The position numbers and the translations under genes are program-made. From positions 3,201 to 67,200 of the forward strand of contig WFSR01000012.1 in assembly GCA_015485895.1 (NCBI GenBank): a stretch of DNA of 64,000 nucleotides, given 5' to 3'. Shown piece by piece: positions 9,033-18,472 of the stretch (position 1 is its first letter; the number at the start of each line of letters is the position of its first letter). Source of the stretch: Candidatus Microgenomates bacterium. GTDB lineage: Bacteria; Patescibacteriota; Microgenomatia; UBA12405; UBA6130. The notes under the pieces are model-generated. The model had not been told where the DNA came from. It did no database searches and saw only the letters and a list, made by a program, of their open reading frames with translations.

Positions 9033-10278
9033 TTCTTATCGTCATGTTCTCCGCAACACCAACTTTGTAAAAGTTTGGGCCTCGCAAATTTTTTCGCAAT
9101 TGACGATCAATATGGTTAACTTTATTTTGATTAATGAAATTTTTGAGAATAGTCATTCTACTGTGGCTGTTTCTTTGCTCTGGATTTTTTACAGTCTCCC
9201 GGCGGTTTTTTTGGGTCCTTTCTCGGGCTTTTTTGTGGATATCTGGGATAAACGCAAAATAATGATGGTTACTAATTTTTTTCAGGCGCTAACGGTGGCT
9301 AGCTTGCTTTTGGTGGGTAAACACTTCTATCTTATTTATGTGGCGGTTTTGGTTTACGCTATTTTCAACCAATTTTATAGCCCAACCGAAGCTGCCGTAC
9401 TTCCAGAGGTGGTGGCTACAAAGCAGTTGCCAGCTGCTAACAGCTTTTTTTTGTTCACGGCTCAGCTCTCTTTTTTGGTGGGGTTTGGCATGGCCAGTAT
9501 TCTCTTGCAATTTTTGCCAGGAGTTACACTTTTGGCTATTTCTGCGGGATTGCTTTTATTGGCCACTTTGGCAGTAGCGCTTTTACCAGCTAACCGACTT
9601 ATTGGCCAACGTCACCATCATTATGATTGGAATGGGCTTTGGTTAGATATCCAACAAGGAGTGCAATTTTTGTTAAAAGGGGGACGTCTAGTATTAGCAG
9701 GCTTTTTAATCATTGCCCTTTTCCAAATGGCAAGCTCAGCAGCGGCGACAATTCTTCCCGTTTTGACGGAGACAGTTTTACATCGCTCGCTCCGTGATGC
9801 CGGGGTTTTCCTTGTAGTTCCCCTAGCTGTAGGCCTTATTGGTGGTAGTTACCTTTTCAGCCGGAATGCCCAACGGCTTCGTAAAAAATATTGGATTGTA
9901 GGGGGATCGATCGGAACGGGGATAGCCATTCTTTATATTGCTCTTTTGGATTGTTTTTTCCACCAGTATGTTTGGCGGACAGCTATGGTAACTATTTCAC
10001 TTTTCGTTTTAGGAGTTAGTTTAGCTTCGGTGGTAATTCCGGCACAAACTTTTATTCAAGAATTCACGCCGGCGAAAATCCGCGGCCGGGTTTTTTCCCT
10101 CTTGAGCGCCACTATGAATTTGGCAACCATTCTTCCTTTGCTGATTATCGCTAGTCTAATTGATATTTTAGGCATCCGTTTGCTACTATTAGTTGTTGGA
10201 GGGACAGCTATCTTTTTGGGGTTATTTATTTCACGCCATATCAATGCCATCATTGTTCATACCAATCATCGGGCTTGA
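9022..10278 (+). CDS. MFS-type transporter inserted between gatA and gatB
   Basis: About 12 predicted TM helices. ATG at 9022 overlaps the gatA stop (9030-9032) and is the likely start; the tracked ORF from 8830 is an upstream extension into gatA. Confidence 0.6.
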   Translation: MLADSYRHVLRNTNFVKVWASQIFSQLTINMVNFILINEIFENSHSTVAVSLLWIFYSLPAVFLGPFSGFFVDIWDKRKIMMVTNFFQALTVASLLLVGKHFYLIYVAVLVYAIFNQFYSPTEAAVLPEVVATKQLPAANSFFLFTAQLSFLVGFGMASILLQFLPGVTLLAISAGLLLLATLAVALLPANRLIGQRHHHYDWNGLWLDIQQGVQFLLKGGRLVLAGFLIIALFQMASSAAATILPVLTETVLHRSLRDAGVFLVVPLAVGLIGGSYLFSRNAQRLRKKYWIVGGSIGTGIAILYIALLDCFFHQYVWRTAMVTISLFVLGVSLASVVIPAQTFIQEFTPAKIRGRVFSLLSATMNLATILPLLIIASLIDILGIRLLLLVVGGTAIFLGLFISRHINAIIVHTNHRA

Positions 10279-11581
10279 GGTCCATTTCGAATTAAAGACT
10301 AACAGCAAGATGTTCTGCGGTTGTTCGGCCCAGCACTTTCGCCAGCCGGCTAATACCCATCTTTGTCCAACCTGTTTAGGCTTACCGGGATCTTTGCCGG
10401 TACCTAACCAGCGAGCGATTGAGATGACTGTTTTAATGGCTTTAGCTGTAAAAGCGAAAATTAACCGCCGGTTCTTTTTTGAGCGGAAGAATTATTTTTA
10501 CCCTGATTTGCCTAAAGGATATCAAATTAGCCAGCATATTTCGCCAATTGGTGAAGGGGGAACGGTGCCCGTTTTACTGGGAGGCAAATATGTCGCGGTG
10601 GCTCTTCACGATATTCATCTCGAAGAGGATACTGCCAAGTTGGAGCATCATGGCGATGAGGTCTGGATTGATTTTAATCGTAGTGGTGTGCCTCTGGTGG
10701 AGGTGGTTACCCAACCGGTCTTGCATTCGGCAGCGGCCGCTAAAGCTTATGTCAAGCGGATTCAGCAACTGGTTCGCTGGCTGAGGATTTCCGACGCCGA
10801 TATGGAAAAGGGTTCAATGCGTTTGGAGGCCAATATCTCTTTAGCCACTCGACCGAGTGATGGCGAAGAAATAGAATTGCCCAGCTATCGGGTAGAAGTG
10901 AAGAATTTGAATTCTTTTCGTTTTTTAGAAAAGGCGATTAACTATGAAATTGAAAGGCAGAAAAAGATTTGGCAAAACGGCAAGCAACCAGTTCAGGAAA
11001 CGCGAGGGTTCGACGCCCAGCAAGGGGTAACATTTGGCCAACGCCGTAAAGAAGTGGCTAAAGATTACCGTTATTTCCCGGATCCAGACATTCCGCCTTT
11101 GGAATTAACTTCTTCTGCTATTGCAAGACTGAGGAAACAATTGCCTCGTTTGCCATGGGAAGAAGAAAAAATGTGGCAGGAAAGATATGGTCTCGATTGG
11201 CAATTGAGCCAAACGTTGGTGGCCAACGACAAAGCTCGAGAATTTTGGCAGATGTTGGTTCCCTGGATTAAAAATCGTGACCAGGCCCAAAAAATTGCCA
11301 AATTAATTGTGAACAAGCCGGATCGTTGGCAAGGAAAAAAACCAGCCAAATTTTGGCAGGAATGGCAAAAAGGGCAAAATGAGCGGCTTGGCGGAGCAAA
11401 GTTAGCTGAAATTGTATCCCAGGTAATTGTAGAGGAAACAAAGGCGGTGGCTGATTATCGGCGGGGGAAAATTAGCGCCCTTGGGTATCTGGTAGGGCAA
11501 GTGCAACGGCTGGCACGAGGTAAGGCTGACCCCCGGGAAGCTCAGCAATTACTACAACAAGAATTGACTAACAATGGCTAA
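10244..11581 (+). CDS. gatB: Asp/Glu-tRNA amidotransferase subunit B
   Basis: IIGLEVHFELKTNSKMFCGCS matches the conserved GatB N-terminus (IGLEVH.QL.T..K.FC.C). The likely start is the in-frame ATG at 10244 (MPSLFIPIIGLEVH), overlapping the MFS gene end; the tracked ORF starts at an upstream TTG. Confidence 0.85.
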   Translation: MPSLFIPIIGLEVHFELKTNSKMFCGCSAQHFRQPANTHLCPTCLGLPGSLPVPNQRAIEMTVLMALAVKAKINRRFFFERKNYFYPDLPKGYQISQHISPIGEGGTVPVLLGGKYVAVALHDIHLEEDTAKLEHHGDEVWIDFNRSGVPLVEVVTQPVLHSAAAAKAYVKRIQQLVRWLRISDADMEKGSMRLEANISLATRPSDGEEIELPSYRVEVKNLNSFRFLEKAINYEIERQKKIWQNGKQPVQETRGFDAQQGVTFGQRRKEVAKDYRYFPDPDIPPLELTSSAIARLRKQLPRLPWEEEKMWQERYGLDWQLSQTLVANDKAREFWQMLVPWIKNRDQAQKIAKLIVNKPDRWQGKKPAKFWQEWQKGQNERLGGAKLAEIVSQVIVEETKAVADYRRGKISALGYLVGQVQRLARGKADPREAQQLLQQELTNNG

Positions 11582-14500
11582 AAGAAACGAATTTGTTCAT
11601 CTCCATGTCCATAGTGAATATTCTCTCTTGGATGGTTTGAGTAAGATTAAGCCCCTGGTTGCTCGGGCTAAGGAACTAGGAATGAAAAGTTTAGCTTTAA
11701 CTGACCACGGAGCAATGTACGGGACTATTAAATTTTACAATGCTTGCCGGGCGGCGGGGATAAAACCTATTGTTGGTGTTGAAGCCTACATGACGTCCGG
11801 ATCACGCCTAGATAGGACGAGGGGGAAAGGTGATTACTCTCACCTCGTGCTCTTGGCAAAAAATTTTCAGGGTTACCAAAATTTGCTGAAGTTGGTCTCG
11901 GCAGCATATCTAGAGGGTTTTTATTATAAGCCCCGGATTGATTGGGAGGTTCTGGGAAAGTACCATCAAGGGTTAATTGCCAGTAGTGCTTGCTTGAAGG
12001 GGCTAATTCCTTCACTTTTGCTGCAGGGGAAAGAAAATGAAGCTCGCCAAACAGTAAAGCGTTTTCTTGATCTCTTTGGCGAAGACTTTTATTTGGAGAT
12101 CCAGAGTCATCCCGGCATTAAAGACCAAGCAATAGCCAACAAAAAAATTATAACTCTTTCCCGAGAGTTGGGAGTGCCGTTGCTGGCTACTAATGATGCT
12201 CACTATATTTATCCCGAAGACGCCGAGGGCCAAGATGCCCTTTTAGCTATCCAAACACAATCAAAGCTAACTGATAAAAATAGGCTTTCCCTGATGCATT
12301 CGCCTGATCTTTATTTGAAAACGCCTGAAGAAATGTGGCACGCACTGGGTGAATATCCTGATGCTCTGAAAAATACCCTGCGGGTAGCGGAAAAATGCAA
12401 TGTGGAAATTCCTTTGGGGCAAAAAATTTATCCCCGTTTTCCTCTTCCTGCTGGCGAGACAGCAATTTCTCATTTACGGAATTTAGTTTGGGAACGGTTG
12501 CCACAACGTTATCCTCGGGCCGACAAAAAGGTAAAGGAAAGGGCGGAATATGAACTTTCGGTTATTATCGATAAAGGTTATGCTGAATATTTTCTTATCG
12601 TTCAAGACTTGGTCAATTGGGCTAAGAAGCATGGCATCCGAGTCGGGCCGGGGCGGGGAAGTGCGGCTGGATCTATAGTTTCTTATATTTTGCGGATAAC
12701 CTCTATTGACCCCTTGCGCCACAATTTGCCTTTTGAGCGTTTTCTTAACCCGGAACGGAAATCGACTCCCGATATTGATCTCGATTTTCCTGATGCCCGC
12801 CGAGAGGAAGTTATTGATTATGTTCGCAAAAAGTATGGTGAAAGTCATGTAGCGCAAATTATCACCTTTGGGACAATTGAGGCACGAATGGCGGTCCGTG
12901 ATGTGGCTCGAGTATTGGGCTATCCGTATTCTGTTGGCGATCGGATTGCTAAAATGATTCCTTTTATTCCCGGACATAAAGTCTCTCTTACGAATGCCCT
13001 TAAGGAAAGCCCAGAGCTGAAACGAGCTTATGAGGAGGAGGAAACCACGAGAAAAGTTATTGACTTAGCTAAGAAGATTGAGGGAACAGTGCGCCATGCT
13101 TCGGTGCATGCTGCCGGTGTGGTTATCTCCGATAAGCCGCTAGTAAATTATACTCCGCTCCAACGAGATACCCGCGAGGGTAAAATAACTACTCAATATG
13201 ATATGTATTCTCTAGATCTTAATGTTGATGACAATGCGGTTGGTCTCCTTAAAATGGATTTTCTAGGATTACGCAATTTAACTATTATCGAGGAAACAAT
13301 TAACTTCATTAAACAAACTAAAGAAAAAGGTATCGACTTGTCGGAGATCCCCCTTGATGATGCCAAAGTCTATCAGATGATCACTCGGGGAGATACTACC
13401 GGGGTGTTTCAACTTGAAAGTCAAGGGATGCGTAAGCTGGCTCGAAAATTACAACCGCAGCGATTTTCGGACTTATCGGCTATGGTGGCTCTTTTCCGAC
13501 CCGGTCCGATGCAATTTATTGATGATTTTATTGCCGGCAAAAAAGATCCTCATAAAATTCACTATCCCCATCCCGACTTAAAACCAGTTTTGGAGGAAAC
13601 TTACGGGATTGCAGTTTATCAAGAGCAATGTATGGAAATTCCCCATGTAATGGCTAGTTATACTTTAGGCGAAGCGGATTTGTTGCGCCGGGCAATTGGC
13701 AAAAAGAAGATTGAGCTGATGCGCCAAGAAAAGAAGCGATTTTTGGAGCGGGCGGTAAAAAATGGATATTCTCAAAAGGTTGCCGAAAATGTTTTTTCCT
13801 TGATTGAGAGATTTGCTAGCTATGGTTTTAACAAGGCCCACTCTGTTTCTTATGCGATGATTGCTTACCAGACGGCCTGGTTAAAAGCTAATTATCCGGT
13901 GGAATTTATGGCTGCTTTGCTAACCGCCGAAGCCGGGGCTGGCCAAGGTCATGAGGAAAAAGTGGCCCGAGCAATTCAAGAGTGCCGCCGCATGGGCATA
14001 AGAGTACTGCCGCCGGATATTAATAAGTCTAAAGTTGGCTTTACTTTAGAAAAAGACACTAATTCAGCTGGTGGTTTAGCGATTCGCTTTGGTTTATCAG
14101 CTATTAAGAATGTTGGTGAGGCCGCTATTGAAGAAATGACTGCCGCACGAGACAAAAAAGGTGATTTTCAATCGCTGGAAGATTTTTATTATCGCGTTGA
14201 TACCCAGAAGGTAAACAAGAAAGTTCTAGAGAGTTTGATTAAGGTAGGGGCTTTTAATCAGTTTGGGCCCCGTAAGGCCCTCTTGGCGGTGGTAGACCGA
14301 CTTCGGCTGGCAGTTGAAAAATTAAAACACGATCGCCAGCAGGGGCAAACGAGCCTTTTTGGTTTTGGGGGAGGCAGCGAGGAGGTCCACCTACCGAAGG
14401 TGACATTAGATCTTGGCCAGCAATTCTCGGCAGAAGAAAAATTAGAGTTTGAAAAAGAATTACTAGGATTCTATCTTACCAGCCATCCTCTAAAAGATAA

Positions 14501-15065
14501 ATTAGATCGTTATCGATACCTGGCCACCCACAAGATAGATAATGTTTTGGAAGAGGAGAGGCCACTACAAACACGTTTAGTAGGGGTTTTGGAAAACGTT
14601 AGAGTAGTAACTACCAGGAAAACTGGGAGGGCAATGGCGTTTGGTAGTTTACGTGACGAAACAGGGGTTATCGATGTGGTAATTTTCCCTGATTTGCTTG
14701 ACCGGCGTGGCCAGGTGGTAAATGCGGGTATGGTAGTAGTGGTGGAGGGACGAAGTGAACGCCGAGACAATAAAGTAAACATTTTAGTTGATGAAATTAA
14801 TACCCCTGAATCATTTCAAACCCAAGAAGATAATCAACATGGGAATGGCGATGGCAATCAATTAATATTACGTATTCCACCTCATTTTAGTTCTCATAGC
14901 CTTATGGCCCTTAATGAAATTTTGCGCCAGCACCCGGGGTCACAGAAAGTGGTTTTAATTTTTCCAAATGGGAAAGTGCTTCTGCCAAATCAGGGATTGG
15001 ATCTTAACCCCGAAGTTCGTCAACAATTAACACAGCTCTTGGGAAATGAGGGAATGGAAGAATAG
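11574..15065 (+). CDS. dnaE: DNA polymerase III alpha subunit
   Basis: N-terminal PHP domain FVHLHVHSEYSLLDG, 1163 aa, with a C-terminal OB-fold region. 8-nt overlap with gatB. Confidence 0.95.
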   Translation: MAKRNEFVHLHVHSEYSLLDGLSKIKPLVARAKELGMKSLALTDHGAMYGTIKFYNACRAAGIKPIVGVEAYMTSGSRLDRTRGKGDYSHLVLLAKNFQGYQNLLKLVSAAYLEGFYYKPRIDWEVLGKYHQGLIASSACLKGLIPSLLLQGKENEARQTVKRFLDLFGEDFYLEIQSHPGIKDQAIANKKIITLSRELGVPLLATNDAHYIYPEDAEGQDALLAIQTQSKLTDKNRLSLMHSPDLYLKTPEEMWHALGEYPDALKNTLRVAEKCNVEIPLGQKIYPRFPLPAGETAISHLRNLVWERLPQRYPRADKKVKERAEYELSVIIDKGYAEYFLIVQDLVNWAKKHGIRVGPGRGSAAGSIVSYILRITSIDPLRHNLPFERFLNPERKSTPDIDLDFPDARREEVIDYVRKKYGESHVAQIITFGTIEARMAVRDVARVLGYPYSVGDRIAKMIPFIPGHKVSLTNALKESPELKRAYEEEETTRKVIDLAKKIEGTVRHASVHAAGVVISDKPLVNYTPLQRDTREGKITTQYDMYSLDLNVDDNAVGLLKMDFLGLRNLTIIEETINFIKQTKEKGIDLSEIPLDDAKVYQMITRGDTTGVFQLESQGMRKLARKLQPQRFSDLSAMVALFRPGPMQFIDDFIAGKKDPHKIHYPHPDLKPVLEETYGIAVYQEQCMEIPHVMASYTLGEADLLRRAIGKKKIELMRQEKKRFLERAVKNGYSQKVAENVFSLIERFASYGFNKAHSVSYAMIAYQTAWLKANYPVEFMAALLTAEAGAGQGHEEKVARAIQECRRMGIRVLPPDINKSKVGFTLEKDTNSAGGLAIRFGLSAIKNVGEAAIEEMTAARDKKGDFQSLEDFYYRVDTQKVNKKVLESLIKVGAFNQFGPRKALLAVVDRLRLAVEKLKHDRQQGQTSLFGFGGGSEEVHLPKVTLDLGQQFSAEEKLEFEKELLGFYLTSHPLKDKLDRYRYLATHKIDNVLEEERPLQTRLVGVLENVRVVTTRKTGRAMAFGSLRDETGVIDVVIFPDLLDRRGQVVNAGMVVVVEGRSERRDNKVNILVDEINTPESFQTQEDNQHGNGDGNQLILRIPPHFSSHSLMALNEILRQHPGSQKVVLIFPNGKVLLPNQGLDLNPEVRQQLTQLLGNEGMEE

Positions 15066-15149
15066 AGTGGGACCAATAACTTGAAAGTGAAAAGTTTGAG
15101 TGAAAAGTGAAAAAGAAGTCTAAGCTAAAAATGGAGCTAGGAACTAGGT

Positions 15150-15341
15150 CAAACAAAATCCTAAATCCTAATGACCCAAATCCTAAACAATAACCAAATT
15201 ACCAGATGATTAAATGACCAAAACAAAAGAAGGATGACAAAGATGTTTAAAACATTTGAATTTTGGTCATTTGGTATTGTTTAGAATTTAGAATTTAGGA
15301 TTTAGGTAATTAGGTATTGCCCCGACGAATGTCGGGGCAGA
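15150..15341. repeat. copy A of the long-palindrome intergenic repeat family (core only, plus GC hairpin)
   Basis: The left arm caaacaaaatcctaaatcctaatgacccaaatcctaaac...aaatgaccaaaacaaaag mirrors the right arm cttttggtcattt...tttaggatttagg. A GC hairpin gccccgacgaatgtcggggc lies at the right end. About 85-90% identical to copy B at 19851-20086 and copy C at 30049-30283. Confidence 0.8.
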
Positions 15342-15381
15342 GGTGATTTGATTATTTTTCTTTAGATGCTAAAATACAGGC

Positions 15382-15702
15382 ATGGCAAATAATTTTAATT
15401 GGCACGACACTCGGGTAAAAGTAGGTGATGTTGTCCGGGTGGAATATTTAATTAAGGAAAAAGGGAAAGAGCGACAGCAACCTTTTCAGGGACGTGTGAT
15501 TGCTATTAAAGGCAATAGTTTAGCTAGTAAAACTTTTACCGTGCGGCGAATTGCTATCGATAGTATTGGCGTGGAGCGCATATTTCCAGTTCAATCTCCA
15601 TGGATTAGGGATATAAAAGTAGTTGGTAAACCAAGCAAAAAGGTTAAGAGGGCCAAACTTTATTACTTGCGCCAGCGGCATGGGAAAAAGGCCCGTCTTT
15701 GA
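15382..15702 (+). CDS. rplS: 50S ribosomal protein L19
   Basis: 106 aa. VGDVVRVEYLIKEKGKERQQPFQGRVIAIKG...RRIA is typical L19 sequence. Confidence 0.9.
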   Translation: MANNFNWHDTRVKVGDVVRVEYLIKEKGKERQQPFQGRVIAIKGNSLASKTFTVRRIAIDSIGVERIFPVQSPWIRDIKVVGKPSKKVKRAKLYYLRQRHGKKARL

Positions 15703-16060
15703 GAAAAAGACTTTTGGAGCCCAGGGCGAATCTTTAGCTGCTCAATTTCTTAAGAAACATAAGCTTACGGTTTTGGATCGTAATTTTCGGACCCCTTGGG
15801 GTGAGCTAGATTTAATTGCCAAGGAAAAGGATACTTTGGTTTTTGTGGAGGTTAAAACTCGGCAAACGGATAAGGCTGGTTACCCTGAAGAGGCAATAAA
15901 GAAATGGAAGGTAAGGCATTTAATCCGGGCTGCTTGGCTCTATACCCAAAAGCATCCCGACTTGCCCAGCCGTTGGCGTTTGGATGTAATTGCTATTCGC
16001 TATTCTGGAGGTCAGCCGGAAATTTGCTGGTACCAAAATATTTCTCCGCTCTTTAGTTAG
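15680..16060 (+). CDS. YraN/UPF0102-family putative endonuclease
   Basis: GAQGESLAAQFLKKHKLTVLDRNFRTPWGELDLIAKEKDTLVFVEVKTR matches the YraN core (GE..A..YL...G..IL.RN.R...GEIDLIA......VFVEVK.R). Start assigned to the ATG at 15680, overlapping the rplS end; the tracked ORF begins upstream at 15623. Confidence 0.65.
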   Translation: MGKRPVFEKKTFGAQGESLAAQFLKKHKLTVLDRNFRTPWGELDLIAKEKDTLVFVEVKTRQTDKAGYPEEAIKKWKVRHLIRAAWLYTQKHPDLPSRWRLDVIAIRYSGGQPEICWYQNISPLFS

Positions 16061-16306
16061 CTGTGTGTGTTGTTGGAGAATGCCAATGTTGGAAGCAGCT
16101 CATGAAGTAAAAAGTGGCTAGTTGAAAGAGAGGAGGAAAATAAACTAGCGATACTTGCTCCGACAAATATGACAAAAGTAACGATGGGTCATTTTTGATT
16201 TACTAATTATTCTAACATAAGGGGTGTTTTTAAAGAAACAAATGGTTATATTAGATTGTATTAATCTATAAAAAAGAAAAGTTATATAATATTTTAATTT
16301 AGAAAA

Positions 16307-16879
16307 ATGCACATGATCAGTCGCGCAAATATTATAATATTTAATGCAGTAAACCATTTTGCAGGAAACAATATTTTTGTAGATAAATTGGGAACACTTA
16401 TCGCACAATATCTGACAATAGTGTTTATATTATTCCTGATTTATTTGTGGTTTAACAAAAATAAAAAATTTGCTTTATACTCTGGATATTCGGCAATACT
16501 AGGGATTTTATTGAATTTCTTAATTACTTCGTTTTATTTCCACCCCAGGCCTTTTATGGATAAGATAGGCACTCTTTTGATTAAACATAAACCAGAAACG
16601 TCATTTCCCTCAGACCATACAACTTTCATGCTATCTATTGCTTTCATGCTCTTGTATTTTAAAAAAACTAGAAAAATAGGCATAGTTCTTTCCATGTTGG
16701 GAATTTTAGGTGGGATCGCAAGGATATTCTGCGGGCTTCATTACCCATTTGATATTCTAGGTTCAAGTCTTGTAGCTTTGGTTTCTTCTTTTATTATTTT
16801 TACCTTTAAAGATAAACTACGGAGATTTAATAATTTAGTTATAAATTTATACTCTAGGATTATAAAAAATGAAAACTAA
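16307..16879 (+). CDS. PAP2-family lipid phosphatase
   Basis: PAP2 motifs SFPSDHT and GLHYPFDILGS (the SGH and SR..H..D signatures) with multiple TM helices. First gene of the second low-GC island. Confidence 0.65.
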   Translation: MHMISRANIIIFNAVNHFAGNNIFVDKLGTLIAQYLTIVFILFLIYLWFNKNKKFALYSGYSAILGILLNFLITSFYFHPRPFMDKIGTLLIKHKPETSFPSDHTTFMLSIAFMLLYFKKTRKIGIVLSMLGILGGIARIFCGLHYPFDILGSSLVALVSSFIIFTFKDKLRRFNNLVINLYSRIIKNEN

Positions 16880-17891
16880 AATCTTTCACAAATATGTAGT
16901 TACACTCTTATTCTCGATTTTATTATTTGCAACTGGAATTAAAATACATTCAGCCTTAACTGCTCCCCAAGTCTCAGATTGGAATTATCACCAACTCCAA
17001 AAAATAGATCATTCTAAAAGGAATTTCTCATTTGCCGTTTTTGGCGATAATAAAAACTCTGTAAAAACATTTGAAAATCTTATATCAAAACTGAACAATG
17101 ATGATGTTCTCTTTGCTATTGATGATGGAGATCTGGTTTGGGATGGAGAGAGGGAAAAATTTAGATTTTTTCTAAATCAGGTTAAGGGTCTTAATAAACC
17201 ACTATTGACTGTTTTTGGCAATCATGAAGCAAAGGGAAACGGAAGAGATGCCTATTACAATTTATTTGGTCAATTTTATTATTCCTATTTCATAGGGAAT
17301 AGTTACTTTATTGTTTTAGACGATTCAAATGAAAAGAATCTTGATGATGCGCAATTTGCTTGGCTAAAAAATGAGCTTAAAAAGAGTCAAAAGTATAAAT
17401 ATCGTTTCGTCTTTATGCATGTTCCCCTCTATGATCCTCAAAATAACAGTACAACAATTCTTGCTCATGCATTAAAGGATAAAATATTTGCTAAAAAACT
17501 GAACGATCTTTTCGATGAAAACAAGGTAACCATGTTGTTTTGTTCGCATATTCATGGTTATTTCCGAGGAAAATGGGGAAAGACTCCGTACATAATTACG
17601 GGTGGCGGTGGCGCGGAGCTAATGGGAACCGACCCAAAACATTATTTTTATCATTATATTAAAGTAAATGTTAATGACAACTCTGTGCATTACGATGTTG
17701 TCAAACTAAAAAGTCCTGATTTTGAGTTATTGGATAGATGGACTCATGATGCTTGGATATACATTTATGCTTTTTTTGCAGTCCATTTTATTGATGCATT
17801 GTTGGTGATAACGCTAATTTATCTCAGTGTGTATATTATTTTCATAAAGAAAAAGTGGCTTGTTTTTAATCTTAAAAGAGATAAAAGGTGA
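16869..17891 (+). CDS. calcineurin-like metallophosphoesterase with C-terminal TM anchor
   Basis: Metallophosphoesterase motifs FAVFGDNKN (GD), DDGDLVWDG (GD-x-V) and FGNHE (GNHE). N-terminal signal/TM segment and a C-terminal hydrophobic tail. Confidence 0.65.
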   Translation: MKTKIFHKYVVTLLFSILLFATGIKIHSALTAPQVSDWNYHQLQKIDHSKRNFSFAVFGDNKNSVKTFENLISKLNNDDVLFAIDDGDLVWDGEREKFRFFLNQVKGLNKPLLTVFGNHEAKGNGRDAYYNLFGQFYYSYFIGNSYFIVLDDSNEKNLDDAQFAWLKNELKKSQKYKYRFVFMHVPLYDPQNNSTTILAHALKDKIFAKKLNDLFDENKVTMLFCSHIHGYFRGKWGKTPYIITGGGGAELMGTDPKHYFYHYIKVNVNDNSVHYDVVKLKSPDFELLDRWTHDAWIYIYAFFAVHFIDALLVITLIYLSVYIIFIKKKWLVFNLKRDKR

Positions 17892-18472
17892 TTAATATCT
17901 TAGCATTTATAACAAGTTTTATTAAAATTTCCAAATACTTTGGTGTTTTTATAGGCACTTTTATTGAAGGACCTACGGTAGGAATGTTAACGGGATCTTT
18001 AGCTAGATTGGGTTATCTAAATATTTACTTAGGTTATTTGGTTTATGTTATAGGGGATTTTACTGCCGATTGTTTATACTATGCAATTGGCTATCATGGT
18101 GGGACAGGCTTGTTAAAAAAACTTACTTTTTCATCAAAAACTTTAGCAAAAGTAAAAAAGAGCATGATCTTCTTTAATAATCATTCAAATAAAATAATCT
18201 TCTTTGGAAAACTGACACATTTCCTCGGATTGCCCATCTTGATAGGTGCCGGCTTAGCTCATTATTCTTGGAGGAAGTTCTTGGTTTTGGATTTAATCGC
18301 TACCTTAATAAAATCTGCTGTAATTATATCAATAGGCTTCTATTTAACATCTTTTTGGGTAGGGATAGACAATGCGATAAACTATGTTGGATTAACCATT
18401 ACCTTTTTGGCCACAATCCTTTTAGTTTATTTTTTAATTAAATTAAGTAACAAAAAGAGAAAGTTACCATGA
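17888..18472 (+). CDS. DedA/VTT-domain membrane protein
   Basis: GVFIGTFIEGPTV...G......GD resembles the DedA re-entrant-loop motif. About 5 TM helices, 194 aa. Confidence 0.5.
   Translation: MINILAFITSFIKISKYFGVFIGTFIEGPTVGMLTGSLARLGYLNIYLGYLVYVIGDFTADCLYYAIGYHGGTGLLKKLTFSSKTLAKVKKSMIFFNNHSNKIIFFGKLTHFLGLPILIGAGLAHYSWRKFLVLDLIATLIKSAVIISIGFYLTSFWVGIDNAINYVGLTITFLATILLVYFLIKLSNKKRKLP

Noticed and set aside
12483-12977. 164-aa antisense ORF within dnaE (and several shorter ones 11767-12504)
   Set aside because: Antisense to a highly conserved 1163-aa polymerase gene; no independent support.
16145-16408. 87-aa minus-strand ORF overlapping the PAP2 gene start
   Set aside because: AT-rich promoter region. 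Low-complexity Tyr/Ile/Lys composition. It overlaps the better-supported plus-strand PAP2 ORF.
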